Positions 27,070 through 37,583 of a stretch of 64,000 nt of DNA are shown piece after piece; the first letter of the stretch is position 1; each line of letters begins with the position of its first letter. This stretch comes from an uncultured Acidobacteriota bacterium (GTDB lineage: Bacteria > Acidobacteriota > Polarisedimenticolia > J045). The stretch lies in contig CAYQTA010000011.1 in assembly GCA_964420365.1 (NCBI GenBank), positions 13,031-77,030 of the forward strand. Direction: 5' to 3'. The translations under genes were made by a program, and so were the position numbers. A model generated the notes under the pieces. That model searched no databases, was not told the DNA's origin, and saw nothing but the letters and a program-made list of their open reading frames with translations.

Positions 27070-27849
27070 ATGGTGCGCACGGGGCAGGAAGCCGTCCTCG
27101 AGGTCCGGGGCCTGAGCCGCAGGTTCGGGGCGGTCCTCGCCCTGGACGCGATCGATCTCCTCGTCCCCCGTGGGGCCTTCTTCGCCCTGGTCGGTCCCAA
27201 CGGGGCCGGCAAGACCACGACGGTACGCATTCTCTCCGGGCTGCTCGGGCGGCACGGGGGAGAGGTCCGCCTGCTGGGAGTCGATCCCTCGCGCGATCCC
27301 GTCCGGGTCCGGGAGCTGGTCGGCGTGGTCCCGGACTTCCTTCCCCTGTGGGAGCCGCTGACCGCGCGGGAGAACCTCCTCGAGATCGCCGGGCTGCGGG
27401 GCCTGCCGGAGCGGGAGACGCACCGCCGGATCGATGACCTCGCGGGAGCGCTCGGCCTCGGGGACGTCCTCGACCAGCCCGTTCTCCAGCTCTCCCACGG
27501 GACCCGCAAGAAGGTGTCCCTGGCCGCGGCGATGCTCCACGCACCCCCGCTGCTCTTCCTGGACGAACCCTTCGAGGGCATCGACCCCGTGGCGGCCCGC
27601 ACCATCCGTCACATCCTTGCCAGCCTGCGGGAACGCGGGGTCACGGTGCTGCTCACCTCCCACGTGTTGCCCCTCGTGGAAACCCTCGCCACCCACCTGG
27701 CGATCCTCGATCACGGCCGGATCGCGGCGGCAGGCCCGATCGAGGAGGTCCTCGCGGGGAGGAGCCTCGAGGAGGCGTTCGTCGCCGCCGTGGGGGAACC
27801 GACGCCGGCACCGGACCTCTCCTGGTACCGGCCCGGGACCGATCGATGA
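27070..27849 (+). CDS. ABC transporter ATP-binding protein
   Basis: Walker A GPNGAGKTT, signature LSHGTRKK, Walker B LLFLDEPF, and SH switch. Confidence 0.92.
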   Translation: MVRTGQEAVLEVRGLSRRFGAVLALDAIDLLVPRGAFFALVGPNGAGKTTTVRILSGLLGRHGGEVRLLGVDPSRDPVRVRELVGVVPDFLPLWEPLTARENLLEIAGLRGLPERETHRRIDDLAGALGLGDVLDQPVLQLSHGTRKKVSLAAAMLHAPPLLFLDEPFEGIDPVAARTIRHILASLRERGVTVLLTSHVLPLVETLATHLAILDHGRIAAAGPIEEVLAGRSLEEAFVAAVGEPTPAPDLSWYRPGTDR

Positions 27850-29366
27850 CCCGGTCGGCTCGCCTCCTGCTGCTCGGGACCCGCCTCGCGGCGGCCCGTT
27901 GGCGTCTCGCCTGGCGGCGTCGCCACGGGCCGGCGGGGATCCTCCTGGGCGGAGCCGGCGCGCTGCTCGCCTGGATCCTTCTCGTTGCCGGGGCCCTCGC
28001 GTTCACCGCCGTCGGCACCACGCTCGTGGCCGTGCTGGCACGCCGTGGCGACGGCGACCTGGCGATCGCCGTGGCCGGAACGGTCGCCGACGCCGCGGCG
28101 ATCCTCTCCGTCCTCGCGGTGGCGGCGGCCGAGGAAACCCACCGGGGGATTCCACCCCGGCCGCTGCTGCTCCTGCCGGTGCGCGCGGGGGACCGCCTGC
28201 TGGCCGAGACGATCTCGCTGCTCCTGGCCGAGCCGCTGGCGGCGGTCGCCTGGCCCGCCGCCCTCGTCCTGGTTCTCGGTGCCGGGCAGGTCGCGCCGAG
28301 GGCGGCCCTGCTGCTCGCGCTCCCGGCGGCCGGGCTGCTCATCTTCCTGGCCAGCCTCGGGCTGGCCGTGCGACGGATCCTCCTCGCGGGTGGACGCCAC
28401 CGGCCGGTGACCGCGGTGCTCGCCACGGGGATCGTGTTCGCCGCCCCGGCGGCGTGGCTCCTCGGCGGCTGGCGCGAGGCTGCCAACCTCCTCCGCCTCG
28501 AGGGAGGCCCCTGGACGCCCGGGTGGTGGATCCGCCACGCGTGCCGGGAGGCCCTCGCCGGGCGCGGTACGGCGCTCCTGCCGGGGGGCATCCTGCTCCT
28601 CGTCTCGTTCGGCCTGCTGGTCCTGGCGGCCCGGGCCGACGAGCGCCCCGGGCCCGCGCCGCCGCACGCCCGGGGGCGTCCCCCGCGGGCGCTTCCCCTT
28701 GCCGCCGCCTGGTGGGCGGCCCGGCCGGTCGTGGCCCAGTGGACCGGCAACGGCGCGGCGGCGCTCCTCGTGCTCCTCGCCGCCCACGTGCTGGCCCGGC
28801 AGGGATTTCCCTGGCCGACGCTCCCGCGAGCGGCGGGGGCGCTGGCCGGGTTGATCCTGGCCTCGGCGCCCGCCCCGCTCCTCGCGAACCTCCTGGGCGC
28901 GGGGGGACGCGGTCCCCTCGGGCTGTTGCTGGCCGGCGCCCGGCCGGGTCGGCTCCTCGCCCGCCTCGCGGCCGCGGCGGCCTGCCCGGCGATCATCCTC
29001 GTCCCGGTGGCGGCGGCCGTCGCGGCCTGGCTTCTCCCGGGGACCGGGGCCGGTCTCGTCCTGGCCGCGGTGGCGGTGGGCGCCCTCGGGCTGGGAGCGG
29101 GAGCCGGGTTCCTTCTCTCGGTCGCCTGGCCGGTGCGGCTGGACCCGGACCTGCCGGGCGTGTCCCTGTGGCCCGCGGGCCCCGGAAGGTGGATCATGGT
29201 CGCGGTCCAGGGGCTCGCCCTCGCCCCGTTCCTTCGCGGGCCGGCCACGGCGGGCTCCCTCCTCTCCGTGGCCGGCGGGTGCATCGCCGTCCTCGCCGGC
29301 TGGCACCTCGCCCGGAGGATGCTGCGCGGGCGGGTCCTCGAGGTGACCGAGAGCCTGCTGACGTGA
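27846..29366 (+). CDS. Polytopic membrane protein, putative ABC exporter permease
   Basis: Many hydrophobic helices; translationally coupled (ATGA) to the ABC ATPase. Confidence 0.65.
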   Translation: MTRSARLLLLGTRLAAARWRLAWRRRHGPAGILLGGAGALLAWILLVAGALAFTAVGTTLVAVLARRGDGDLAIAVAGTVADAAAILSVLAVAAAEETHRGIPPRPLLLLPVRAGDRLLAETISLLLAEPLAAVAWPAALVLVLGAGQVAPRAALLLALPAAGLLIFLASLGLAVRRILLAGGRHRPVTAVLATGIVFAAPAAWLLGGWREAANLLRLEGGPWTPGWWIRHACREALAGRGTALLPGGILLLVSFGLLVLAARADERPGPAPPHARGRPPRALPLAAAWWAARPVVAQWTGNGAAALLVLLAAHVLARQGFPWPTLPRAAGALAGLILASAPAPLLANLLGAGGRGPLGLLLAGARPGRLLARLAAAAACPAIILVPVAAAVAAWLLPGTGAGLVLAAVAVGALGLGAGAGFLLSVAWPVRLDPDLPGVSLWPAGPGRWIMVAVQGLALAPFLRGPATAGSLLSVAGGCIAVLAGWHLARRMLRGRVLEVTESLLT

Positions 29367-30265
29367 ACCCGCGCATCCTGTTGCCCCTGCTCGCCGCGGC
29401 GGTCCTCGTCCCCGCCGGAACGCCGCCCGCGCGGGCGGCCGACCCGCCGGGCCGCCCCGGCTGGACGGTCGTCCAGGAAACGCGGGTCCGGGTGACGGGC
29501 CGGCTCCTCCTGCGCGCAGGAACCTCTCCCCCCGTCGACGCCCCCCTCGACTGGTCCCTCGAGCCGGGACACCCGGCCCCCCTGGCCCTGGCCCTGGGGG
29601 AACATCGGCCGGTCCGGGTCGGCCTGGTCGTCACCGCCGAACCGATCGAGGCGACCGGGCGGATCCGGCTCCGGATCGAGGCGGACGTGCAGCCCACGGG
29701 GGCGCCTCCGACCAGCAGCAGCCGCACCCTGGAGCTGGACCCGGGCCGGGCGGGCCTGGTCGAGCTCTGGACGGACGCCCGGGGCGAGCGCCGCCTCGTC
29801 GCGGTGCTTGCCGCCACGACGGAAGAAGTCCCCCGCCTCGAGCGGATCACCCCCGCGACCCGGCCGGTGGACCTGCTGGTCGAGATCCTGGCCGGGGAGG
29901 GTAACCGGAGACGAACCGTGGAACGGCTGCGGCTCGCCGCCCTGGTCGGTTCTCCCGCCCGCTACAGCCTGGCGTCGGTCCCGGGCGCCGCGGACGACGG
30001 CGCCGACCCGGCGCTCCGGGTGGAACTGGAACTGCTGCCGGCGGCCCTCCGGGACGGCGAGCTGGAACTGCACGCCCGGGTGACCGTCCACCGCGGCCCG
30101 GGAAACGGGGCGGAGCGCCCCGGCACCGGGGACCGGCGGGCCCGCGTGCTGGCCTCGGAGGCCTCCACCTCGGGCCGCGTGGCCCCCGGTGGATCCCTCG
30201 AGCTGCCCCTCCCCCGGGGGGCCGGGACGGAGCCGGTGACGTTCCGGGTGACCGCGTTCTTCTGA
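29363..30265 (+). CDS. Secreted hypothetical protein
   Basis: The GTG start overlaps the permease stop. Signal peptide VNPRILLPLLAAAVLVPAGTPPARAA; beta-rich; ends VTFRVTAFF. Confidence 0.6.
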   Translation: MNPRILLPLLAAAVLVPAGTPPARAADPPGRPGWTVVQETRVRVTGRLLLRAGTSPPVDAPLDWSLEPGHPAPLALALGEHRPVRVGLVVTAEPIEATGRIRLRIEADVQPTGAPPTSSSRTLELDPGRAGLVELWTDARGERRLVAVLAATTEEVPRLERITPATRPVDLLVEILAGEGNRRRTVERLRLAALVGSPARYSLASVPGAADDGADPALRVELELLPAALRDGELELHARVTVHRGPGNGAERPGTGDRRARVLASEASTSGRVAPGGSLELPLPRGAGTEPVTFRVTAFF

Positions 30266-30309
30266 GTCCCGCGGTGCCCCGGCACGGGGGCTGGGCTACC
30301 ATCGGTTCC

Positions 30310-32136
30310 ATGGAACCGGCCCGGATCGACGCGGACGAGCTGCGGCGCACGGCGAACGCGGCCCGGATCACGCTGACCGACGAGGAAGTCGAGCGGTTCC
30401 ACGCCGAGCTCTCCGGCATCCTGGACGAGTTCCAGCTCCTCGAGACGATCCCGGCCGGCAGGGAGACGTTCCCGGAGGCCCGGCCCGGCCCGCTTCGCCC
30501 GGACGAGCCGGCGCCCGGGAACCCGGGCCCGCTCCTCCGGCGTGCCCCGCGGGTCCGCCGCGGGTACGTGGTCGCACCGGCCCCCGGGGAGACCGGGGGC
30601 GCCGTCGCCGCCGGGGCCCTCCCCGCCCCCGGCGGGGCAACGGGGACGCCCGGGTGGGGCGGGGCAGGCCCCTTCCTCGAGCGCGAAGCCGCGGAGATCG
30701 CCCGGGCCGTTCGGGAAGGGGAAGTTCGCGCCCGGGACGTGCTCGAGGAGACCCTCGCCCACCTCGAGGCCGGCGTCGCCCTCCGGGCCCTGCTGCCCCC
30801 CGCCCCTCCCGCGCTCCGGGCCGCGCGGCGGCGGGCCGACGAGATCGATCGGCGGGTGCGCGCGGGCCGGGACCCGGGTCCCCTGGCCGGCATCCCGGTA
30901 GCCGTGAAGGACAATCTCTGCACGGCTCGCCATCCGACCACGTGTGCCTCCCGGATCCTCGCCGGGTTCGTGGCGCCCGTCCCCGCGACGGTCGTCGAGC
31001 GGCTCGAGGCGGCGGGGGCGATCGTCGTCGCGCGGGCGAACATGGACGAGTTCGCCATGGGCTCCACCGGGGAGACGTCCGTCTACGGCGCCCCGTGCAA
31101 TCCCCACGACCCGGGCCGGGTGGCGGGCGGCTCGTCCGGCGGCTCCGCCGCCGCCGTCGCCGCCGGGATCGTTCCCGTGGCGATCGGCACGGAGACCGGG
31201 GGGTCGATCCGCCAGCCGGCTGCCCTCTGCGGTATCCTCGGGCTCCGACCACCCTGGGGGAGGGTCTCCCGGTGGGGCCTCGTGGCCCTCGCCTCCTCCC
31301 TGGACCAGGCCGGTCCCCTCGCCCGGTCGCTGCGCGACCTCGCCCTCGTCTACCGGGTGATCGCCGGCCCGGATCCCCGGGATGCCACCTCGCTCCGCGA
31401 GTCGCTCCCGGAACTCGACCCGGACCCCCGCCGGCCCCTCCGCGGCCTGCGGGTCGGGCTCCTCGCCGGCCCGCTGGAGCACCCGGACCTCGAGCCGGGG
31501 ATCCGGGACGCGGTCGCGAGGGCCGCGGACGAACTCGCCGCCCGGGGCGCCCGGGTCGAGGCCGTCCGCTTCGGCCATGCCCACCTGGCGATCCCGGCCT
31601 ACCACCTGCAGGTGGCCGCCGAGGCGGCCTCGAACCTGGCCCGGTACGACGGGGTGCGGTTCGGATGCTCCCTCCCGGGCGGCACGTTCCAGGAGGCGAT
31701 CGCGCGCACGAGGGGTGCGGGGTTCGGCCCCGAGGTGAAGCGACGGATCCTGCTCGGGACCTGGGCCCTCCGCGCCGGCTGGCACCGGCGGTGGCTCGAC
31801 CGGGCCCGGGCCGTCCGGGCCCGACTGGCGGCCGAGGCCGACGCCCTCTTCCACCGCGTGGACCTCCTGCTGGGACCCGCGACCCCCACGCGAGCGTTCC
31901 CGTTCCGCTCGAAGCTCGACCCGCTCGCGGTCTGGGCGTGCGACGCCTTCCTCCTGCCGGCCAACCTGGCGGACCTTCCCGCCCTCGTCCTTCCCGCCCC
32001 CGCCCCGCCGGGAGGACTGCCGGCCGCGGTCCAGCTCGTCGCCCCGCGACGCCGCGAGGACCTGCTGTTCCGGGCCGGCGCGCACCTCGAGGCCGCCGGG
32101 TACCGCCCGCTCCTCCCGCCGGCGGGAATCACCTGA
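30310..32136 (+). CDS. GatC-GatA fusion (Asp/Glu-tRNA amidotransferase subunits C and A)
   Basis: GatC-like N-terminus ([33 protein letters not shown]…LRPDE…AP…GYVVAP), then a Gly/Ala/Pro linker, then the amidase signature ([24 protein letters not shown]) and the GatA motif [14 protein letters not shown]. Confidence 0.75.
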   Translation: MEPARIDADELRRTANAARITLTDEEVERFHAELSGILDEFQLLETIPAGRETFPEARPGPLRPDEPAPGNPGPLLRRAPRVRRGYVVAPAPGETGGAVAAGALPAPGGATGTPGWGGAGPFLEREAAEIARAVREGEVRARDVLEETLAHLEAGVALRALLPPAPPALRAARRRADEIDRRVRAGRDPGPLAGIPVAVKDNLCTARHPTTCASRILAGFVAPVPATVVERLEAAGAIVVARANMDEFAMGSTGETSVYGAPCNPHDPGRVAGGSSGGSAAAVAAGIVPVAIGTETGGSIRQPAALCGILGLRPPWGRVSRWGLVALASSLDQAGPLARSLRDLALVYRVIAGPDPRDATSLRESLPELDPDPRRPLRGLRVGLLAGPLEHPDLEPGIRDAVARAADELAARGARVEAVRFGHAHLAIPAYHLQVAAEAASNLARYDGVRFGCSLPGGTFQEAIARTRGAGFGPEVKRRILLGTWALRAGWHRRWLDRARAVRARLAAEADALFHRVDLLLGPATPTRAFPFRSKLDPLAVWACDAFLLPANLADLPALVLPAPAPPGGLPAAVQLVAPRRREDLLFRAGAHLEAAGYRPLLPPAGIT

Positions 32137-32140
32137 GACG

Positions 32141-33955
32141 ATGCGCAGGTTCCTCGCCGTCCTCGCCGTGACGCTCGCCTGCCTCGGTATCCCGGGACGG
32201 GGCGACGCCCCCTGGTCGGCGTCCGTCGAGATCGACGAGGGCGTCCGGGTGTCCCTGCGGGCCGGGCGGGAGATCGTCCTCGAGGTGCTTCCCGAGAAGG
32301 GCGAGGGCTGGCGCTCCCTCGCCCGGCGGGTCTGCGGGGACGAGTCCCGCTTCCCCGCCCTGGCCGCGGCGAACCGGGGCCTGGTGCCGATCGAGGGCCG
32401 GCCGGTGGAGGTCCCCTGGGAGCTGCTCCGGGAGGAATACCGCTACCTTGCCCTGCGGGCCCTGTTCCCCGCGGACCGGTGGTCGTCCCGCCGGAAGGCC
32501 TGGGAACACGTCCCGGCGAGGGCCCGCGTGCTGACCTACGGCGAGGGCCTGTGGCAGGTCGCGCTCTGGTTCACGGGAAGGGGAGAGAACTGGGAGCGGA
32601 TCGCCGAGTTCAACGGCATCCCCGGCCCGGACCTCCCGGGAGACCGGCCGGTGTTCGTGCCCGGAGACCTCCTCGTGCCCCTCTTCCGCGTCCCGGAGAC
32701 CGGGGCCAACGGGGTCCTCCGCTACGGCCGGGACGCAAAGGGAGACTACGCCGAGTACGTGCTGCGCCGCGGGGAGGCGCTCTGGTCCGCCGTCGTCCTG
32801 CGGTTCACCGACTACGTCGACAAGGACGACGTCGAGGAGGCCGCCCGGGAAATCGCGGCGCGGAACGGGATCCGGGACGTCCGGAAGATTCCCGCCGGGG
32901 CACGGATCCGGATCCCCCTCGACATGCTCGCCCTTCCCTACCTGCCGGAGAACCACCCCCGCCGCGTGCTCGCCCGGCTGATGGGCACCGGCGCGGAGGA
33001 AGCGGCCGCGAAGCCCCCGGCGCCACCGGGGAAGGAGAAGCGACCGGCCCCACCGGAACCGCGACGCCTCGCGGGAGTCCACGTGATCCTCGACCCGGGC
33101 CACGGTGGCGAGGACATCGGCGCGCGGGCGCGGCGGCCCGAGGTCTGGGAAAGCGACTACGTCTACGACGTCGCCTGCCGCGCCCGGCGGCTTCTCGAGC
33201 GGGACGGGGCGACCGTCCACATGCTGGTGCGGGACACCGAGTACGGCTGCCGGGTCTTCGACCGGGAACGCCTTCCGATGAATCGCCGGGAGGTGATCCT
33301 GACCCATCCCCCCCACCGCAACCGGGGAGGACGAAGCACCCGGATCGGCGTCAACCTCCGCTGGTACCTCGCCAACGACATCTTCGCCCGGTTGACCCGG
33401 AAGGGGGCGAAGGACCGCGTTCCCCCCGAGCGGGTCGTCTTCCTGAGCCTCCACGCCGACTCGCTCCACCGGAAGCTCCGCGGGGGCATGGTGTACGTTC
33501 CGGGAGCCCGCTGGCGGAAGGCGCGCCACGCGGTCCGGGGGGCGGCCTACCGCCGGTACCGGGAGTACCGGGCGCGCCCGCGCGTGACCGTGCGGAGAAC
33601 CGACCGGCGACGGGACGAGATCCTCTCCCGGAAGCTCGCCCGGAGCCTCCTCGCCGCGTACCGGGAGGAGAAGCTGCCCGTTCACGCGAACCGGCCCATC
33701 CGGGACCACGTGGTCCGGGGCACGCGCCGCCGGAAACGCTCCTGGGTCCCCGCCGTCCTCCGGGGCAACCTGGTGCCGGCCAAGGTCCTCCTCGAGACGG
33801 TCAACCTGGGCAATCCCTCGGATGCCCGGCTCCTCGCCGACCCGAAGGGACGCGAACGGATCGCCCGGGCGATCGCCCGCGGGATCCGGACCTACTTCGA
33901 CGACCCGCCCCGCCGGTCCGGGCGGGCGACGTCCTCCCGGAGAACGAAGCGATGA
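32141..33955 (+). CDS. N-acetylmuramoyl-L-alanine amidase (Amidase_3) with LysM-like domains
   Basis: Signal peptide; LysM-like YVLRRGEALWS…IAARNGIRDVRKIPAGARIRIP; zinc ligands DPGHGG, WESD, SLHAD; catalytic LLETVNL. Confidence 0.8.
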   Translation: MRRFLAVLAVTLACLGIPGRGDAPWSASVEIDEGVRVSLRAGREIVLEVLPEKGEGWRSLARRVCGDESRFPALAAANRGLVPIEGRPVEVPWELLREEYRYLALRALFPADRWSSRRKAWEHVPARARVLTYGEGLWQVALWFTGRGENWERIAEFNGIPGPDLPGDRPVFVPGDLLVPLFRVPETGANGVLRYGRDAKGDYAEYVLRRGEALWSAVVLRFTDYVDKDDVEEAAREIAARNGIRDVRKIPAGARIRIPLDMLALPYLPENHPRRVLARLMGTGAEEAAAKPPAPPGKEKRPAPPEPRRLAGVHVILDPGHGGEDIGARARRPEVWESDYVYDVACRARRLLERDGATVHMLVRDTEYGCRVFDRERLPMNRREVILTHPPHRNRGGRSTRIGVNLRWYLANDIFARLTRKGAKDRVPPERVVFLSLHADSLHRKLRGGMVYVPGARWRKARHAVRGAAYRRYREYRARPRVTVRRTDRRRDEILSRKLARSLLAAYREEKLPVHANRPIRDHVVRGTRRRKRSWVPAVLRGNLVPAKVLLETVNLGNPSDARLLADPKGRERIARAIARGIRTYFDDPPRRSGRATSSRRTKR

Positions 33956-36900
33956 GACGCTTCCTGCCGCTCCTCGTCCTCGGCTTCCTGCTCCCCCGGC
34001 CCGGCCTCGCCGCCGACCAGCCGGCCCCCTGCTTCTCCGCCTGGTGGCGCCGGGAGGTCGCGGAGATCGCCCGGGAGCCCGGGAGTCCCCGGTCCTTTCT
34101 CCGGGTGACGCGCCTCGCCCGGCTCGCCGTGACGGCCGCCGACCCGGGCGAGCTCCTTTCCGCCCTGGACGGGATCCGGCCCGGGATCTCCCCGCTGCTG
34201 GCGGCGGAGATCGACCGGGTACTCCTCGACGCCGACCTGGAGCGGGGGGACCTGGAGTCGGCGGCGCGCCGGCGGGCAAGGCTCGGGATCGTGGAGCGGT
34301 GGCTCCTGGCGGGCCCCGGGACCCGGGGGAGGCACCCCCCCCGCCCCCGGCCCCGGGGGCTCCCACCGACGGTGCCCCGTGGCGGGTGGTGCCGGCCGAC
34401 CCCCGCGGCAACGTCCCGCTTCACCTGCTGCTCTTCCCCGCCCGGGAACGCCGGGCCAGCCTGGTCACGTACCTCCACGCGGAGCGGAGAACCCGGGTGG
34501 CCCTCCACCTCGGCGCGGACGACGGCGCCGAGATCCACCTGGACGGCCGGCCCCTCCTGGCCACCGGCCCGGAACGGGACTTCGCCCCGGACCAGGAAGC
34601 GCTCCTGCTCGACCTCTCGCCCGGGTGGCACCGTCTCCGGATCGAGGCGATCCAGCAGGAGGGTCCCTGGATCGTCGCCGCGCGTCTCGCGGCGCCGGAC
34701 GGGGGGCCCGTTCCCGCGGGGGTTCGGTGGGATGTCCCCCGCCGGGCACCGCGTCTCGCCACGCCGTCCCGGCGGCGCCGGCCGAGACGCCGGGCCGCGA
34801 GGGCCGCCACCCTGGGCGATCTCTTCCCCCCGGACGACGGCTCCGCGATCGCCCTCGCGGCCCGGGCGACCTGGCTCTCGCTGCGACGACTCCCGTCCCG
34901 CGGGGTCGACGAGGCGACGACGCTGGTACGACGGGCCGCGGGCCTCGCCCCGAACGATCCGGACGTGCTCTGGGCCTGCTGGGAGGTGGAGGATGACCCC
35001 TCCCGGGGCCGGGAAGCCCTCGAGAAGATGCTGGAGTCGGTGCCCGGCCACCCGGCGGCGCTGCGCACGCTCGCACGTTACGACCTGGCGTACGGGAGGG
35101 AGGACGATGCGCTCGCTCTCGCCGCCCGGGGCCTCGCCGCGTGTGACGGTCACGACCCGTTCCTCGCCGCCTGGGAGGCACTGGCCCGGGACGAGCACGG
35201 CTTTCCCGGGGGCGCCCTGGCCACCCTGCGCCGGGTCGCCCGGGAAGCCCCCCGCCAGCCGATCGCGCTGGAGCGGATCGGTGCGCTGGCCCGGCGCGTC
35301 GGGCTCCCCGCGGTCGCCCGGAACGCCTGGGAACGGTACCTGGCCCTCCGCGGCCGGGACGACGAGGTCCGGGTCCAGTTGCTCCACCTGCTGGAGGATG
35401 CCGCGGACGTGCCCGCGGCGCTGCGCGTGCTGGAGCGGGCCCGGGAACTCCGTCCCCTCGACGTGACCTGGACGACCCGGGCCGCGGACCTGCTCCTCGG
35501 GCTCGGGCGCATCGACGAGGCCCGCCGGCTCGTCGCCCGCCACCTGGCCCTGGCTCCCGGCAACCCGGACCTCCTGCGCCTCGCCGGGGAGGCCGCGCTG
35601 GCCGCCGGGGACACGACGGCCGCGGTCGCCGCCTTCCGGGAGCTGGTCGATCGGGGACTCGACACGGGCCACTACGCGGAACGGATCGCGGCGCTCACGG
35701 GGCGGGAAGACACGTTCGGCGAGGCGTACGCGGTCGACCCGGCCGAGGCGTCCCGCATCGAGGCCGAGCACCCGCTCTCCGGGGACCCGGAGGCCGTCGT
35801 CGTCTCCCAGGTCACGGCCTGGCGCCTGCAGCCGAACGGCCTGGCGACGCGGTTCCACCAGGTGCTGATCCGGGTCCGCCACCCGGAACAGGCGGACTGG
35901 CTCCGGGCCTACCGGGTCGTCTCCTGGTCCCCCGCCCTGCGCTCCGTCCGCCTGCTCGAGGCGCGGATCGTGCGGGCCGACGGAAGCGTCCTGCCCGCGG
36001 AACGCCGCGAGTCGTCCCTCCTCCGGGACCCGGAGCTGCGGATGTGGTACGACACGCGCCAGCTCCAGGCGCTCTTCCCCCGCCTCGAGGCGGGGGACCT
36101 GCTCGAGATCCGGTACCGGGTCACCGACCGCGGGCCGGTGAACCCCCTCGCCGAGGGGTACTTCGGCGACATCGTCGTCCTCGGCCGGAGCATCCCGGTG
36201 CTGCGGACGCTCCTCGTGATCGATGCTCCCGGGGACCTGCCGATCCACCGGGACCTGCTGCACCTGCCGGAGCCCGCCCGGGAGGAGGAGCTGCCCGCCG
36301 ACCCGGGGCGCAGGGTCCGGGCAATCCGCCTGGGCCCCCTTCCCGCCCTCCGCGACGTTCCCTGGGCCCCGCCGCGGGAGGAGAGAGCCCCCCTCGCCGT
36401 GCTCGGCACCGTGGACACCTGGGACCACCTGGGGGCCCTGTACGCTCGCCTGCTCGAGGACGCGTCCCACCCCGACGCGGACATCCGCGCCGAGGTGCAG
36501 GAGCTGCTCGCCGACCATCCGTCCCGGCGGGAGACGGTCCGCCGGATCTACGAGTGGGTCCTCGAGAACACCCGGTACGTCGCCCTGGAGCTCGGGATCC
36601 ACGCGGTCAAGCCGTACGACGTCAAGGCGGTCTTCCGCCGGCGTCACGGGGACTGCAAGGACAAGGCGGCCCTGATGGTGGCGATGCTCCGCCTCGCCGG
36701 GATCGACGCCCACGTGGCCCTCCTGCGAAGCCGGGACCGCGGGGGATTCGACTCCCGGGTGCCGACGTTCGCGGCGTTCGACCACGCGATCGTCCGGGTG
36801 GAGGACCCGGACCTCTGGCTCGACGGAACCGTTCTCCACTACGGGCTCGGGGAGCTGCCGGGAGGCGACCGGGGCGCCCTCGCGCTGGTCGTCGACGAGA

Positions 36901-37583
36901 ACCCGCCCGGCGGCCGGCTCGTCAGGACCCCGGACCCCCGGCCGGACGACTCGGTGGCACGCTGGGTCGAGGAGCTGCTCCCCGAGCGGGACGGGGCGGC
37001 GGAGATCCGGGTGAGCCTGGCCGCGCGCGGGGAGGCCGCCGCCCGGGAGCGCAGCTTCTTCCGCCTGGCGGACCGCCCCCGGGCGGTCCTCGCGAGCCGC
37101 CTGCGCCGGCGCTGGCCCGAGGTCACGCTCCTCGACGCCCGGATCGGCCCGATGGATCTCGACACCCCCGAGGTCTCCTGGTGGGCGTCCCTGCGGGACG
37201 AGAGCCTCGGCCGCCGGGAAGGGGACGGGACGGTCAGCTTTCCGCTCGCGCTCCACGTGCCCCGGCCCGGCGTCCAGCCCCCGTCCCCGGGCCGGGAGCT
37301 CCCGGTCCGCCTGCCGGTCCCCTGGCACGTGACCACCGAGGCCCGCTGGAAGTTGCCGCCCGGGGTCCGGCTGGCCGACCTCCCGCGCCCGGTCCGGGTC
37401 TCCTCCCCGTGGCTCGAGCTGGACCTCGCGGTCCGGGAGGGCCGGGGGCGAGTCCAGGTCCGGATCGACCTGGTCTTCCGCGGCGGCGACGTGGCCCCGG
37501 CCGACCTGCCCCGGTTCTCGGAGGTCCTGCGCCGGGTCCGGGAAGCACTGGACCAGCGCATCGTGACGAGGTGGCTGCCATGA
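33952..37583 (+). CDS. TPR/DUF3857/transglutaminase-like protein with a one-base frameshift near 34315-34380
   Basis: The N-terminus (MRRFLPLLVLG…WLLAGP) is in the frame of ATG 33952. The rest (…GAPWRVVP…GADDGAEIHLDG, TPR helices, GDCKDKA, FDHAI, WLDGT) is in the frame of ORF 33822..37583. Confidence 0.72.
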
